Below, in pieces: positions 17,686 through 28,885 of a DNA stretch of 64,000 bases. This stretch comes from a virus. Taxonomy: Duplodnaviria; Heunggongvirae; Uroviricota; Caudoviricetes. A model generated the notes under the pieces. The model was not told the DNA's origin. It made no database searches and worked only from the letters and a program-made list of their open reading frames with translations. Within the stretch, counting starts at the first letter, position 1, and each line of letters starts with the position of its first letter. A program made the translations under genes and the position numbers. The stretch is from IMG/VR virus record IMGVR_UViG_2537562189_000009, one strand, 5' to 3'.

Positions 17686-18900
17686 TTACCAGTTCCACAG
17701 CGTGCCATCTTCCAGACGTGCGACTGGCAGATAAGCAGGTTCATAGGGATATTTCGCCGCCAGCTTTTCATCGAATTCGATGCCAAGACCCGGTTTGTCT
17801 CCCGGATGCATATAGCCGTTATCGAAAGTCCAGTTGTGCGGGAAGACTTCGAGCATTTGTTCGGAATAACCCATGTACTCCTGGACACCGAAATTGGGGA
17901 CCCACAGATCAAAGTGCAGCGCCGCAGCCATGCAGACTGGTGACAAATCGGAAGGACCGTGTGAGCCAGTACGTACCTGATACAGCGAAGCAAAATCGGC
18001 AATCCGGCGCATACCGGTAATTCCGCCTGCATGGGTCAGCGTGGTGCGGATATAATCGATGAGTTGCTCTTCAATCAGTTGTTTGCAGTCCCAGATGCTG
18101 TTGAAGACTTCACCCACTGCGATGGGTGTGACGGTATGTTGGCGAATGAGACGGAAGCATTCCTGGTTTTCCGCAGGCGTCGGGTCTTCCATCCAGAACA
18201 TGCGATAATCTTCAATGCTTTTACCAAAGCGCGCCGCTTCAATAGGCGTTAAGCGATGGTGCATGTCATGCAGCAAATGTTCATTAAAACCAAACTTGTT
18301 ACGTACCGCGTCAAACAATTTCGGCATGAAATCGAGGTATTTCTCCGTCGACCACAGCTGCTCTTCCGGCCACTGTCCTTTGGTTGCGGGTTCATAAGCC
18401 AGACCTTTACCTTTCGACATGCCGTAGGTGGTTTTCATACCAGGGATTCCGCACTGCACGCGGATGGCTTTGAATCCCAGCTCCTGATGACGGGCATAAT
18501 CATCCAGAGCTTCATCAATACTGTGACCGGTGGTATGGCAATAAACCATCACCCCTTCACGAGACGCGCCGCCGAGTAACTGGTAAAGCGGCATGTTGGC
18601 AGCTTTGGCTTTAATATCCCACAGCGCCATATCAACCGCTGAAATGGCCGACATCGTAACCGGACCGCGACGCCAGTAAGCACCTTTATAGAAAAACTGC
18701 CAGATATCTTCGATACGGTGCGCATCGCGACCAATAAGCTGCGGACAAAGGTGATCCTGCAAATAAGAGGCCACGGAAAGCTCACGTCCATTGAGGGTGG
18801 CATCCCCAAGGCCCGTAATACCGTCCTCAGTGGTGATTTTTAATGTGACGAAATTACGCCCCGGACAGGTAACAAAAACTTCAGCCTTTACGATCTTCAT
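17686..18900 (-). CDS. rspA: Starvation-sensing protein RspA (enolase superfamily, 404 aa)
   Basis: [40 protein letters not shown]...; ATG at 18900. Confidence 0.9.
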
Positions 18901-19105
18901 GTTCGATTCCTTGCATCGCTTGTCGTGATGCATGAAATCTACGCAACTGAGCTACTACCATACAAGTATGAAGATCGAAAAAAGCCGGAGTGATCACAAA
19001 AAAAGGCGTATATTTGCGCTGTGAATGGTTGACAAAAGATGAAATAGAATACCTTTTGTCAGCTGACACTTCCTCTTATCTTATTGATAAAATGGATTTA
19101 TGTTC

Positions 19106-19432
19106 CTACGTGCGCCCCCAGCCCGCAACAATGATCAACATGCCGCAAAGCGCAATCAACGCACCCGTCCAGTCATAAAGAGTCAGTTTCACGCCATCCA
19201 CAACGCGCAGCCACATCAACGCCGTGCAGACATAAACGCCACCATAAGCCGCGTAAACACGCCCACTCGCCGCTGGATGCAACGTTAACAACCAGACAAA
19301 CAGCGCCAGTGAAATCCCCGCCGGAAGCAACAGCCAGATACTGGCGTTTCGTTTTAACCACAACCAGGGCAGAAAGCATCCAATAATTTCACACAGCGCA
19401 GTAGCAAAAAATAGTAACGTTGTTTTAATCAT
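19106..19432 (-). CDS. ynfA: UPF0060 membrane protein YnfA (108 aa)
   Basis: Four hydrophobic helices; sequence and position match E. coli ynfA from memory. Confidence 0.85.
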
Positions 19433-19566
19433 CTTTGTCTCTTATTGACATCATGTATAGTTATAGGGCGACATAATATCATCAATATAAACACCCTCCT
19501 GGTACGTTTTGCGTCCGCAGTGGATGGTGTAGAATCACCTTTAATCATTCATACAGGGAATGAATT

Positions 19567-19908
19567 ATGAAAATCACTCTCAGCAAACGAATCGGCCTGC
19601 TCGCTATTCTGCTGTCTTGCGCACTGGCATTGAGCACAACTGTTCATGCCGAAACTAACAAACTGGTGATTGAGTCTGGCGACAGTGCACAAAGCCGCCA
19701 GCACGCCGCTATGGAAAAAGAGCAATGGAATGACACGCGCAATCTGCGCCAGAAAGTGAATAAACGCACTGAAAAAGAGTGGGATAAAGCCGACGCCGCT
19801 TTTGATAACCGCGATAAATGTGAGCAAAGCGCCAACATCAATGCCTACTGGGAGCCCAATACTTTGCGCTGCCTGGACCGTCGAACTGGCCGCGTTATTA
19901 CCCCCTAA
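19567..19908 (+). CDS. ynfB: YnfB (UPF0482, 113 aa) with signal peptide
   Basis: [28 protein letters not shown]...; position between ynfA and speG. Confidence 0.85.
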   Translation: MKITLSKRIGLLAILLSCALALSTTVHAETNKLVIESGDSAQSRQHAAMEKEQWNDTRNLRQKVNKRTEKEWDKADAAFDNRDKCEQSANINAYWEPNTLRCLDRRTGRVITP

Positions 19909-19942
19909 CCTGTTATTGATTTAAGGAATGTAAGGACACGTT

Positions 19943-20503
19943 ATGCCAAGCGCCCACAGTGTTAAGCTACGCCCGCTGGAGCGTGAAGATTTACGCTATG
20001 TACATCAACTCGACAACAACGCCAGTGTGATGCGTTACTGGTTTGAGGAACCCTACGAAGCCTTTGTTGAACTCTCTGATCTGTATGATAAGCATATTCA
20101 CGATCAGAGCGAACGGCGCTTTGTGGTGGAATGTGACGGCGAAAAAGCCGGTCTGGTGGAGCTGGTGGAAATTAACCATGTTCATCGCCGCGCAGAATTT
20201 CAGATAATTATCTCCCCGGAGTATCAGGGGAAAGGTCTGGCAACCCGTGCCGCCAAATTAGCAATGGACTATGGCTTTACCGTTCTCAATCTCTATAAGC
20301 TGTATCTGATCGTTGATAAAGAGAATGAAAAAGCGATTCACATTTACCGCAAGCTTGGCTTTTCGGTTGAAGGTGAATTGATGCACGAGTTCTTTATTAA
20401 TGGTCAATATCGTAATGCCATTCGCATGTGTATATTCCAGCATCAGTATCTGGCAGAGCACAAAACACCGGGTCAGACTCTCCTGAAGCCGACCGCACAA
20501 TAG
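19943..20503 (+). CDS. speG: Spermidine N1-acetyltransferase SpeG (186 aa)
   Basis: GNAT fold sequence [26 protein letters not shown]...[18 protein letters not shown]; matches E. coli SpeG from memory. Confidence 0.95.
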   Translation: MPSAHSVKLRPLEREDLRYVHQLDNNASVMRYWFEEPYEAFVELSDLYDKHIHDQSERRFVVECDGEKAGLVELVEINHVHRRAEFQIIISPEYQGKGLATRAAKLAMDYGFTVLNLYKLYLIVDKENEKAIHIYRKLGFSVEGELMHEFFINGQYRNAIRMCIFQHQYLAEHKTPGQTLLKPTAQ

Positions 20504-20505
20504 CA

Positions 20506-21216
20506 TTAATAATAATCGATCGTATTTTTGATGGTGTAAACCCGTTCGACGGCGGGTTTTACTCCTTCATCAACAATGATTAGCTGACAGTCCACCGGAT
20601 TAGCGTGACTGTCATATTCACAGCTCTGTTTTACATTACCAACCCGTTGATTATTCAGTAAAGTAACCGCTGTGTAATCTAATTTTTTGATCGGATCCGT
20701 TGATGGCGTGGCGCTGACAGATAATGTTTTGTCGTTACTTTTCGTGGTTTTACCCAGCGGATAACCCTGATCATCATAGCGATATTCCATCTGCATTTGT
20801 TTGCTGCTGGCTTTAATCACGAAGCCATTATCATCGGTTTCCCAACTCACCCCGGCAGAAGGTAATTCTGCTAGCTGGCATTTTCCCTGTAAACGTACTC
20901 TCTTCTCCAGCGTCTCGGCATCACGGTAATAATTGGCGTCCAGTACCAGAGCGACCACGGTATTATTTTCCAGATCCAGTAATTCGAGTGAATCAAAACA
21001 GCCTTCTTCCGACAAAGTCCCAGAAACACGTTTCGTCACTTCACCTTGCTCATCCATTAATGTCTGAGTGAAATCTTTTACCGGACCACGCAGCGGATCA
21101 AAATCGAATTCATTAGAGAAACTGGCCATCTCAGGGGTAAATGAAAGTGTTACCTCTGTGCGGTCACATCCTGTGAGGAATATCGCGAGTAAGCATGGTA
21201 GTAATTTGTATTTCAC
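20506..21216 (-). CDS. ynfC: UPF0257 lipoprotein YnfC (236 aa, GTG start)
   Basis: Lipobox LLAIFLTGCD; GTG start at 21216 gives 236 aa; the track ORF begins 12 codons upstream. Confidence 0.8.
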   Translation of the reverse strand: MKYKLLPCLLAIFLTGCDRTEVTLSFTPEMASFSNEFDFDPLRGPVKDFTQTLMDEQGEVTKRVSGTLSEEGCFDSLELLDLENNTVVALVLDANYYRDAETLEKRVRLQGKCQLAELPSAGVSWETDDNGFVIKASSKQMQMEYRYDDQGYPLGKTTKSNDKTLSVSATPSTDPIKKLDYTAVTLLNNQRVGNVKQSCEYDSHANPVDCQLIIVDEGVKPAVERVYTIKNTIDYY

Positions 21217-21323
21217 AACAGTCACCAGAGAGTAGAGATGATTCTCAATCATAGTAGCAAATACAGTACTTTACACGTTAAATGCTATGCTTAAAGAAGT
21301 TATCTTCGCGTAAGGAGCTTATG

Positions 21324-21629
21324 ATGAAACTCTCAACCTGCTGTGCCGCGCTTCTGCTCGCCCTCGCCTCACCCGCGGTACTCGCCGCGCCGGGATCCTG
21401 TGAGCGCATACAGAGCGATATATCACAGCGCATTATCAATAATGGCGTACCCGAAAGCAGCTTCACGTTAAGTATTGTACCCAATGACCAGGTTGATCAG
21501 CCTGATTCCCAGGTCGTCGGGCATTGTGCTAATGATACGCATAAAATTCTCTACACCCGCACCACCAGCGGTAACGTCTCTGCTCCCGCGCAGTCTACCC
21601 AGGATGGCGCGCCTGCCGAACCGCAGTAA
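21324..21629 (+). CDS. ynfD: YnfD (DUF1161, 101 aa) secreted protein
   Basis: MKLSTCCAALLLALASPAVLA signal peptide; SD TAAGGAG upstream. Confidence 0.8.
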   Translation: MKLSTCCAALLLALASPAVLAAPGSCERIQSDISQRIINNGVPESSFTLSIVPNDQVDQPDSQVVGHCANDTHKILYTRTTSGNVSAPAQSTQDGAPAEPQ

Positions 21630-21827
21630 TACATTATCGACTGAACGCCGGATACGACACATCCGGCGATTTGAACATACAACATAATCCCACCTTATTA
21701 CTCATACCCTTCTATTGATATGGATTAATAATTCTTAACCCAAAATGGGTAGACTCCCTCTATTGTTAGCGCGCTAAATATTCAATATATAAACTTTTAT
21801 ATAACGATAAAGAACAGGGAGTGAGTT

Positions 21828-24254
21828 ATGTCCAAAAATGAACGAATGGTGGGCATCAGCCGCAGAACACTCGTTAAATCTACCGCGATAGGTTCTCTGG
21901 CGCTGGCTGCAGGCGGTTTTTCTTTGCCGTTTACCCTGCGCAGTGCAGCAGCAGCGGTACAACAGGCCCGCGAAAAAGTGGTCTGGGGTGCCTGTTCCGT
22001 CAACTGTGGTAGCCGCTGTGCACTTCGTCTACATGTTAAAGATAATGAAGTGACCTGGGTGGAAACTGACAATACCGGCAGCGATGAGTACGGCAACCAT
22101 CAGGTACGCGCCTGTTTGCGCGGTCGCTCCATCCGCCGGCGTATTAATCATCCCGATCGCTTGAATTACCCAATGAAACGCGTGGGTAAACGCGGTGAAG
22201 GCAAATTCGAACGGATTAGCTGGGATGAAGCCCTGGATACTATCGCCAGTAGCCTGAAAAAAACCGTCGAACAATATGGCAATGAGGCTGTATATATTCA
22301 GTACTCTTCGGGGATCGTTGGCGGCAATATGACCCGCTCTTCGCCATCAGCCTCGGCGGTCAAACGCCTGATGAACTGCTACGGCGGTTCACTCAATCAG
22401 TATGGCTCCTACAGCACCGCGCAAATTTCCTGTGCCATGCCCTACACCTACGGCAGTAATGATGGCAACAGCACCACGGATATTGAAAACAGCAAGCTGG
22501 TCGTGATGTTTGGTAACAACCCGGCAGAAACCCGCATGAGCGGCGGTGGCATCACTTATCTTCTTGAAAAAGCGCGCGAGAAATCGAACGCCAAAATGAT
22601 TGTTATCGATCCGCGATATACCGATACGGCTGCTGGTCGTGAAGATGAATGGCTCCCTATTCGCCCGGGCACCGATGCCGCGCTGGTTGCGGGTATTGCC
22701 TGGGTATTGATTAACGAAAATCTCGTTGATCAACCTTTTCTCGATAAATACTGCGTCGGCTATGACGAAAAAACCTTACCCGCAGATGCACCCAAAAATG
22801 GTCACTATAAAGCCTATATTCTTGGTGAAGGTGATGATAACACAGCGAAAACGCCGCAGTGGGCTTCGCAAATTACCGGTATCCCGGTAGACCGTATCAT
22901 CAAACTGGCGCGTGAAATTGGCACAGCAAAACCCGCTTATATCTGCCAGGGCTGGGGGCCGCAACGCCAGGCAAACGGCGAACTGACTGCACGCGCTATT
23001 GCTATGTTACCTATTTTGACGGGCAATGTCGGCATCAGCGGCGGAAATAGTGGCGCGCGTGAATCGACCTATACCATTACCATAGAACGCCTGCCGGTGC
23101 TGGATAATCCGGTCAAAACGTCAATCTCCTGCTTCAGCTGGACGGATGCTATCGATCATGGTCCGCAAATGACGGCAATCCGCGACGGTGTCCGGGGCAA
23201 AGATAAACTGGATGTGCCCATTAAGTTCATCTGGAACTACGCGGGAAATACCCTCGTTAATCAGCATTCTGACATCAACAAAACGCATGAAATTCTGCAG
23301 GACGAATCGAAATGCGAAATGATTGTGATCATCGAAAACTTTATGACCTCATCGGCAAAATATGCCGACATTCTGCTGCCAGACCTGATGACCGTTGAGC
23401 AGGAAGATATTATTCCTAACGACTACGCCGGTAACATGGGATATCTCATTTTCCTCCAGCCTGTCACCAGCGAAAAATTCGAACGCAAACCGATTTACTG
23501 GATCCTGAGTGAAGTCGCGAAACGTCTTGGACCTGACGTCTATCAAAAGTTCACAGAAGGTCGCACGCAGGAACAATGGTTACAACATCTGTACGCCAAA
23601 ATGCTTGCCAAAGATCCGGCGTTACCGTCTTACGACGAACTGAAAAAAATGGGTATCTATAAGCGTAAAGATCCCAATGGCCATTTTGTCGCCTACAAAG
23701 CATTTCGTGACGACCCCGAGGCAAATCCACTTAAAACGCCTTCCGGTAAGATTGAAATTTATTCCAGCAGGCTGGCGGAAATTGCCCGTACCTGGGAACT
23801 GGAAAAAGATGAAGTGATAAGCCCATTGCCAGTTTATGCCTCAACCTTTGAAGGCTGGAACTCCCCTGAACGTAGAACCTTCCCACTGCAACTGTTTGGT
23901 TTCCATTACAAATCCCGTACTCACTCGACCTACGGCAATATTGATCTCCTGAAGGCTGCCTGCCGTCAGGAGGTGTGGATCAACCCTATAGATGCGCAGA
24001 AACGTGGGATTGCCAACGGCGATATGGTGCGGGTGTTTAACCATCGTGGCGAAGTTCGGCTACCAGCCAAAGTAACACCACGTATTCTCCCTGGAGTTAG
24101 CGCTATGGGCCAGGGAGCCTGGCACGAGGCCAATATGTCTGGCGATAAAATCGACCATGGCGGCTGTGTGAATACGCTAACCACTCTGCGCCCTTCACCA
24201 CTGGCGAAGGGAAACCCGCAGCACACTAATCTGGTCGAGATCGAAAAAATATAA
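21828..24254 (+). CDS. ynfE: Molybdopterin oxidoreductase YnfE (DMSO/selenate reductase family catalytic subunit, 808 aa)
   Basis: Twin-arginine signal SRRTLVKSTAIGSLALAAGG, Fe-S cysteine cluster CSVNCGSRC, MopB-like core; paralog of the following gene. Confidence 0.9.
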   Translation: MSKNERMVGISRRTLVKSTAIGSLALAAGGFSLPFTLRSAAAAVQQAREKVVWGACSVNCGSRCALRLHVKDNEVTWVETDNTGSDEYGNHQVRACLRGRSIRRRINHPDRLNYPMKRVGKRGEGKFERISWDEALDTIASSLKKTVEQYGNEAVYIQYSSGIVGGNMTRSSPSASAVKRLMNCYGGSLNQYGSYSTAQISCAMPYTYGSNDGNSTTDIENSKLVVMFGNNPAETRMSGGGITYLLEKAREKSNAKMIVIDPRYTDTAAGREDEWLPIRPGTDAALVAGIAWVLINENLVDQPFLDKYCVGYDEKTLPADAPKNGHYKAYILGEGDDNTAKTPQWASQITGIPVDRIIKLAREIGTAKPAYICQGWGPQRQANGELTARAIAMLPILTGNVGISGGNSGARESTYTITIERLPVLDNPVKTSISCFSWTDAIDHGPQMTAIRDGVRGKDKLDVPIKFIWNYAGNTLVNQHSDINKTHEILQDESKCEMIVIIENFMTSSAKYADILLPDLMTVEQEDIIPNDYAGNMGYLIFLQPVTSEKFERKPIYWILSEVAKRLGPDVYQKFTEGRTQEQWLQHLYAKMLAKDPALPSYDELKKMGIYKRKDPNGHFVAYKAFRDDPEANPLKTPSGKIEIYSSRLAEIARTWELEKDEVISPLPVYASTFEGWNSPERRTFPLQLFGFHYKSRTHSTYGNIDLLKAACRQEVWINPIDAQKRGIANGDMVRVFNHRGEVRLPAKVTPRILPGVSAMGQGAWHEANMSGDKIDHGGCVNTLTTLRPSPLAKGNPQHTNLVEIEKI

Positions 24255-24314
24255 CCCACGACAACCATAAATTCTGGCATGACATTTTGTTTGAAAAGCA
24301 ATAAGTGAGTAATG

Positions 24315-26738
24315 ATGAAAATCCATACCACAGAGGCGCTCATGAAGGCTGAAATCAGCCGTAGAAGTCTGATGAAAACCTCCGCACTTGGCAGTCTTGC
24401 GCTGGCAAGCAGTGCTTTCACTCTGCCATTTTCCCAAATGGTCCGGGCGGCAGAGGCTCCGGTAGAAGAGAAAGCGGTCTGGAGTTCCTGCACCGTTAAC
24501 TGCGGGAGCCGCTGTCTGTTACGTTTGCATGTGAAAGATGACACCGTGTACTGGGTGGAGTCTGATACGACAGGTGACGACGTCTACGGTAACCATCAGG
24601 TTCGAGCGTGTTTACGCGGGCGCTCTATCCGCCGACGGATGAATCATCCTGATAGGTTGAAATATCCCATGAAGCGCGTCGGCAAGCGCGGTGAAGGTAA
24701 ATTTGAACGGATAAGTTGGGACGAAGCCCTGGATACCATCAGTGATAATCTTCGGCGGATCCTGAAAGATTACGGCAATGAGGCTGTACATGTCCTGTAC
24801 GGAACAGGCGTAGATGGCGGAAACATCACCAACTCAAACGTCCCGTACCGTCTGATGAACTCTTGCGGTGGTTTTCTCAGTCGCTATGGCAGCTACAGTA
24901 CCGCACAGATCAGTGCCGCAATGAGTTATATGTTCGGTGCCAATGATGGCAACAGCCCGGATGATATCGCCAATACGAAACTGGTCGTTATGTTCGGAAA
25001 TAACCCGGCAGAAACGCGGATGAGCGGCGGTGGTGTCACTTACTACGTCGAGCAAGCCCGCGAACGTTCAAACGCACGCATGATCGTCATCGATCCACGT
25101 TATAACGACACTGCTGCCGGGCGTGAAGATGAATGGCTGCCCATTCGCCCTGGCACCGATGGCGCACTGGCCTGTGCGATTGCCTGGGTACTGATTACTG
25201 AAAACATGGTCGATCAGCCATTTCTCGACAAATATTGTGTTGGTTACGATGAAAAAACGCTGCCCGCCAACGCACCACGTAACGCGCATTATAAAGCCTA
25301 TATTCTGGGCGAAGGGCCTGACGGCATAGCTAAAACGCCGGAATGGGCAGCAAAAATCACCAGCATCCCGGCAGAAAAAATTATCCAGTTGGCACGAGAG
25401 ATCGGTTCAGCAAAACCTGCTTATATTTGTCAGGGTTGGGGGCCACAACGACATTCCAACGGCGAGCAAACGTCCCGCGCTATTGCCATGCTTTCCGTTC
25501 TCACCGGTAACGTCGGCATAAACGGCGGCAACTCAGGTGTACGCGAAGGTAGCTGGGATCTGGGGGTAGAATGGTTCCCGATGCTTGAGAATCCTGTTAA
25601 AACGCAGATTTCCGTCTTTACATGGACAGATGCCATCGACCATGGTACGGAAATGACCGCGACCCGTGATGGTGTTCGTGGAAAAGAAAAACTGGATGTC
25701 CCCATCAAGTTTTTATGGTGCTACGCCAGTAACACATTGATCAATCAACATGGCGACATCAATCACACCCATGAGGTGCTTCAGGATGACAGCAAGTGCG
25801 AGATGATTGTTGGCATTGACCACTTCATGACGGCCTCGGCTAAGTATTGCGATATCCTGTTGCCCGACCTGATGCCAACAGAGCAAGAAGACCTTATCTC
25901 TCATGAATCTGCAGGGAATATGGGCTATGTGATCCTCGCCCAACCCGCAACCTCAGCAAAATTTGAACGCAAACCCATCTACTGGATGCTGAGTGAAGTC
26001 GCCAAACGCTTAGGACCAGACGTTTATCAAACCTTTACTGAAGGTCGCAGTCAGCATGAATGGATCAAATATCTCCATGCGAAAACGAAGGAACGTAACC
26101 CTGAGATGCCCGACTACGAGGAGATGAAAACGACCGGGATCTTTAAGAAAAAATGCCCGGAAGAACACTACGTCGCTTTCCGCGCATTCCGTGAAGATCC
26201 ACAGGCAAACCCGTTGAAAACACCTTCGGGGAAAATCGAAATTTATTCGGAACGACTGGCGAAGATTGCAGATACCTGGGAATTGAAAAAAGATGAAATT
26301 ATTCATCCCCTTCCTGCGTATACCCCAGGTTTTGATGGCTGGGACGATCCCCTGCGGAAAACCTATCCACTGCAGTTAACGGGCTTCCACTACAAAGCGC
26401 GTACCCACTCCAGCTACGGCAATATTGATGTGTTACAGCAGGCCTGCCCACAAGAGGTGTGGATCAACCCCATTGATGCTCAGGCACGCGGTATCCGTCA
26501 TGGCGATACCGTGCGGGTATTTAACAATAATGGAGAAATGCTGATTGCCGCAAAAGTGACTCCGCGTATTCTGCCTGGCGTTACCGCCATCGGGCAAGGT
26601 GCGTGGCTTAAAGCGGATATGTTTGGTGACCGGGTCGATCACGGCGGCAGTATCAATATTCTGACCTCTCACCGCCCTTCACCGCTGGCAAAGGGAAACC
26701 CGTCGCACAGCAATCTTGTCCAGATCGAAAAGGTTTAA
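24315..26738 (+). CDS. ynfF: Molybdopterin oxidoreductase YnfF (807 aa)
   Basis: Tat signal SRRSLMKTSALGSLALASSA, CTVNCGSRC; close paralog of ynfE. Confidence 0.9.
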   Translation: MKIHTTEALMKAEISRRSLMKTSALGSLALASSAFTLPFSQMVRAAEAPVEEKAVWSSCTVNCGSRCLLRLHVKDDTVYWVESDTTGDDVYGNHQVRACLRGRSIRRRMNHPDRLKYPMKRVGKRGEGKFERISWDEALDTISDNLRRILKDYGNEAVHVLYGTGVDGGNITNSNVPYRLMNSCGGFLSRYGSYSTAQISAAMSYMFGANDGNSPDDIANTKLVVMFGNNPAETRMSGGGVTYYVEQARERSNARMIVIDPRYNDTAAGREDEWLPIRPGTDGALACAIAWVLITENMVDQPFLDKYCVGYDEKTLPANAPRNAHYKAYILGEGPDGIAKTPEWAAKITSIPAEKIIQLAREIGSAKPAYICQGWGPQRHSNGEQTSRAIAMLSVLTGNVGINGGNSGVREGSWDLGVEWFPMLENPVKTQISVFTWTDAIDHGTEMTATRDGVRGKEKLDVPIKFLWCYASNTLINQHGDINHTHEVLQDDSKCEMIVGIDHFMTASAKYCDILLPDLMPTEQEDLISHESAGNMGYVILAQPATSAKFERKPIYWMLSEVAKRLGPDVYQTFTEGRSQHEWIKYLHAKTKERNPEMPDYEEMKTTGIFKKKCPEEHYVAFRAFREDPQANPLKTPSGKIEIYSERLAKIADTWELKKDEIIHPLPAYTPGFDGWDDPLRKTYPLQLTGFHYKARTHSSYGNIDVLQQACPQEVWINPIDAQARGIRHGDTVRVFNNNGEMLIAAKVTPRILPGVTAIGQGAWLKADMFGDRVDHGGSINILTSHRPSPLAKGNPSHSNLVQIEKV

Positions 26739-26748
26739 GGAGTAGCCC

Positions 26749-26832
26749 ATGACCACACAATATGGATTTTTTATCGATTCCAGCCGCTGTACTGGCTGTA
26801 AAACCTGCGAACTGGCGTGCAAAGATTTTAAA
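26749..26832 (+). pseudogene. ynfG: ynfG 5' fragment (first 28 codons of the Fe-S subunit), truncated by prophage insertion
   Basis: MTTQYGFFIDSSRCTGCKTCELACKDFK matches the YnfG N-terminus; then diverges and hits a stop at 26870; exact junction base uncertain by a few nt. Confidence 0.8.
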
Positions 26833-27278
26833 GTTGGTTACGTATCGTTTAAAATCAATTAGATAGCCCGTCATTTCTGCGCTCACACGTCCCAACATTG
26901 AAAAACATGCAAAGCTTTGTAAGCCGATGCAAAGCTTTGTGTGTCTCACTTTTGTCCCAATACCAATCCGAATCCACCCTTTGTCATCATTGAGAAATGG
27001 CAAGGAAGAAAAGGATGTTACTGCACGATTTGACAAATCCGCCAGAGCTATCGCATACTGACCGCACTGAACTTACAAGCGGTCATCCGCACCCGATAGC
27101 TTTGCGGCTTTTTTATGCCCGTAATGCGGCATAGTCACATCCGTACAAAGGTCGGGTGGAGAGGCGTAATACAATACCCGTAAGGGGAATATGCCCAGAG
27201 CTTCTTGTAAGGCTCAGTTGACACCCGACCAACCAGCTACTAACTGGTTGAGCTAACTAAACTTACAAGGAGGTCATC

Positions 27279-27911
27279 ATGACTAGTCAACTCATCCCCG
27301 TATTCAACGGCACTATCGCCAACGAAACCACTCTTCTCGTTAATGCCCGTGATTTACATACTTTTCTTGGGGTAGGTAAACGCTTTGCGTCTTGGATTAC
27401 AGAACGCATTGCTGAATATGGTTTCGTTGAAAATCAGGACTATATTTTGGTTTCCCCAAATCGGGAAATCAAAGGTCGAGGAGGCGATCGCCGTAGCAAA
27501 GACTATCACCTCACCCTCGACACAGCCAAAGAAACGGCGATGGTTGAGCGTAACGAAAAAGGCCGCCAGATCCGCCGCTACTTCATCGAGTGCGAAAAGA
27601 AACTTCGCAACATTCAGCCAGTACAAACTGAGCTGCAATTCACAGCCGAGGAAATCATCCTCCTCTGCTACATGCAACTCTGGATGGAAAAAGCCCAGGA
27701 CCTCAGCAAACACCTGTATCCGATCATGAAAGAGCTGAACTCATCATACACGAACAAGCTGTATGACATTGCGTTTGAGACTATCTACATGGTGACGAAG
27801 AACAGAGATGCGTTACTGAGGGAGGCTGCACAGCTTGACCAGTCAAGTTTCGTTGTCCAGCGGGCCAGACCAATGCTGAAAAGCCTGCGGGCAAGGCAAT
27901 TCGAATTCTAA
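27279..27911 (+). CDS. Phage antirepressor (AntA/KilAC-type, 210 aa)
   Basis: N-terminal LVNARDLHTFLGVGKRFASWITERI...ENQDYIL typical of AntA-type antirepressors; SD AAGGAGG upstream. Confidence 0.65.
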   Translation: MTSQLIPVFNGTIANETTLLVNARDLHTFLGVGKRFASWITERIAEYGFVENQDYILVSPNREIKGRGGDRRSKDYHLTLDTAKETAMVERNEKGRQIRRYFIECEKKLRNIQPVQTELQFTAEEIILLCYMQLWMEKAQDLSKHLYPIMKELNSSYTNKLYDIAFETIYMVTKNRDALLREAAQLDQSSFVVQRARPMLKSLRARQFEF

Positions 27912-27958
27912 AACCAAAGGAGCTTCGGCTCCTTTTTTCATGCCTGAAGGAAAGGAAA

Positions 27959-28180
27959 ATGGCAGATATCATCGACAATGCCGCTGAAATCGAAGAATTG
28001 CAGCGCAATCTCTCCCTGCAAAAATACAAATCCGATAGTAATGCCCCATCTGCTACTCATTGTTGCGAGTGTGGCGATCCGATAGATGAGCGGCGACGCC
28101 AGGCTGTTCGTGGATGCCGAGCTTGCGCAAGTTGCCAGCAGGATATTGAACTTATCAACAAACAGAGAGGTGTGAAGTGA
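27959..28180 (+). CDS. TraR/DksA-type C4 zinc-finger protein (73 aa)
   Basis: CxxC-N17-CxxC arrangement (CCECGDPIDERRRQAVRGCRACASC). Confidence 0.6.
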   Translation: MADIIDNAAEIEELQRNLSLQKYKSDSNAPSATHCCECGDPIDERRRQAVRGCRACASCQQDIELINKQRGVK

Positions 28181-28884
28181 ACGGAGTTAGCTATCAAGCA
28201 CTGCGGCTGGCGGCAGAAAATGCAACACCAGGCGAATGGTGTACTGATGACTATGGGGTTATTGCCAATGCCGGACTGAACGCCAATTACTACATAGCAT
28301 CATGCTCAGGACCAGATAATCGCGCCAATAAGCGATTCATAGCAGCAGCCAATCCGGCTACCGTCTTGGCACTGCTGGATGAACGGGAAAGAAACCAGCA
28401 ATACATCAAATCACGCGACCAGGAGAACGAGGATATTGCGCTAACGGTAGGGAAGCTGCGCGTTGAGCTGGAAGCAGCAAAATCAAAACTCAACGAGCAG
28501 CGTGAATATTACGAGGGTGTAATCGCGGATGGAAGTAAGCGCATTGCAGAACTGGAGAAAAGCGAAGAGCAACTCATTAATGAGCGTGACCATGCTGAGT
28601 CTGCTTTAGCTGATATGTACTTTGCAGCAACCGGGGATAGGCCTGAGTGGAGTAACTGTTTCAGTTTTTCAGATGCTGTCGATGCCGTGGTTGACAGAAT
28701 TGCTGATTTAGAAGCTAAACAGCCATCGCCAGTAGTGCCGGAAGGACTGGTTAAAGCAGTGCGCTTCTATGAGCAGGTAAAACGTGAGAATCCGCCAGCC
28801 GAAACAGGTGCATGGAAAGATGCTGTTGACTGGGTACTCAAAGAGGCTTGTCAGGTTGTAAACATTCGCATCAAAGGAGAGTGA
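28177..28884 (+). CDS. ead/Ea22-like protein (235 aa)
   Basis: Central coiled-coil (LRVELEAAKSKLNEQREYYE...) and overall resemblance to ead/Ea22 early proteins; start overlaps previous stop. Confidence 0.5.
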   Translation: MNGVSYQALRLAAENATPGEWCTDDYGVIANAGLNANYYIASCSGPDNRANKRFIAAANPATVLALLDERERNQQYIKSRDQENEDIALTVGKLRVELEAAKSKLNEQREYYEGVIADGSKRIAELEKSEEQLINERDHAESALADMYFAATGDRPEWSNCFSFSDAVDAVVDRIADLEAKQPSPVVPEGLVKAVRFYEQVKRENPPAETGAWKDAVDWVLKEACQVVNIRIKGE

Positions 28885-28885
28885 T

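Noticed and set aside
26653-27036. 127-aa minus-strand ORF spanning the ynfG/prophage junction
   Set aside because: Runs antisense through the end of ynfF and the junction; chance ORF.
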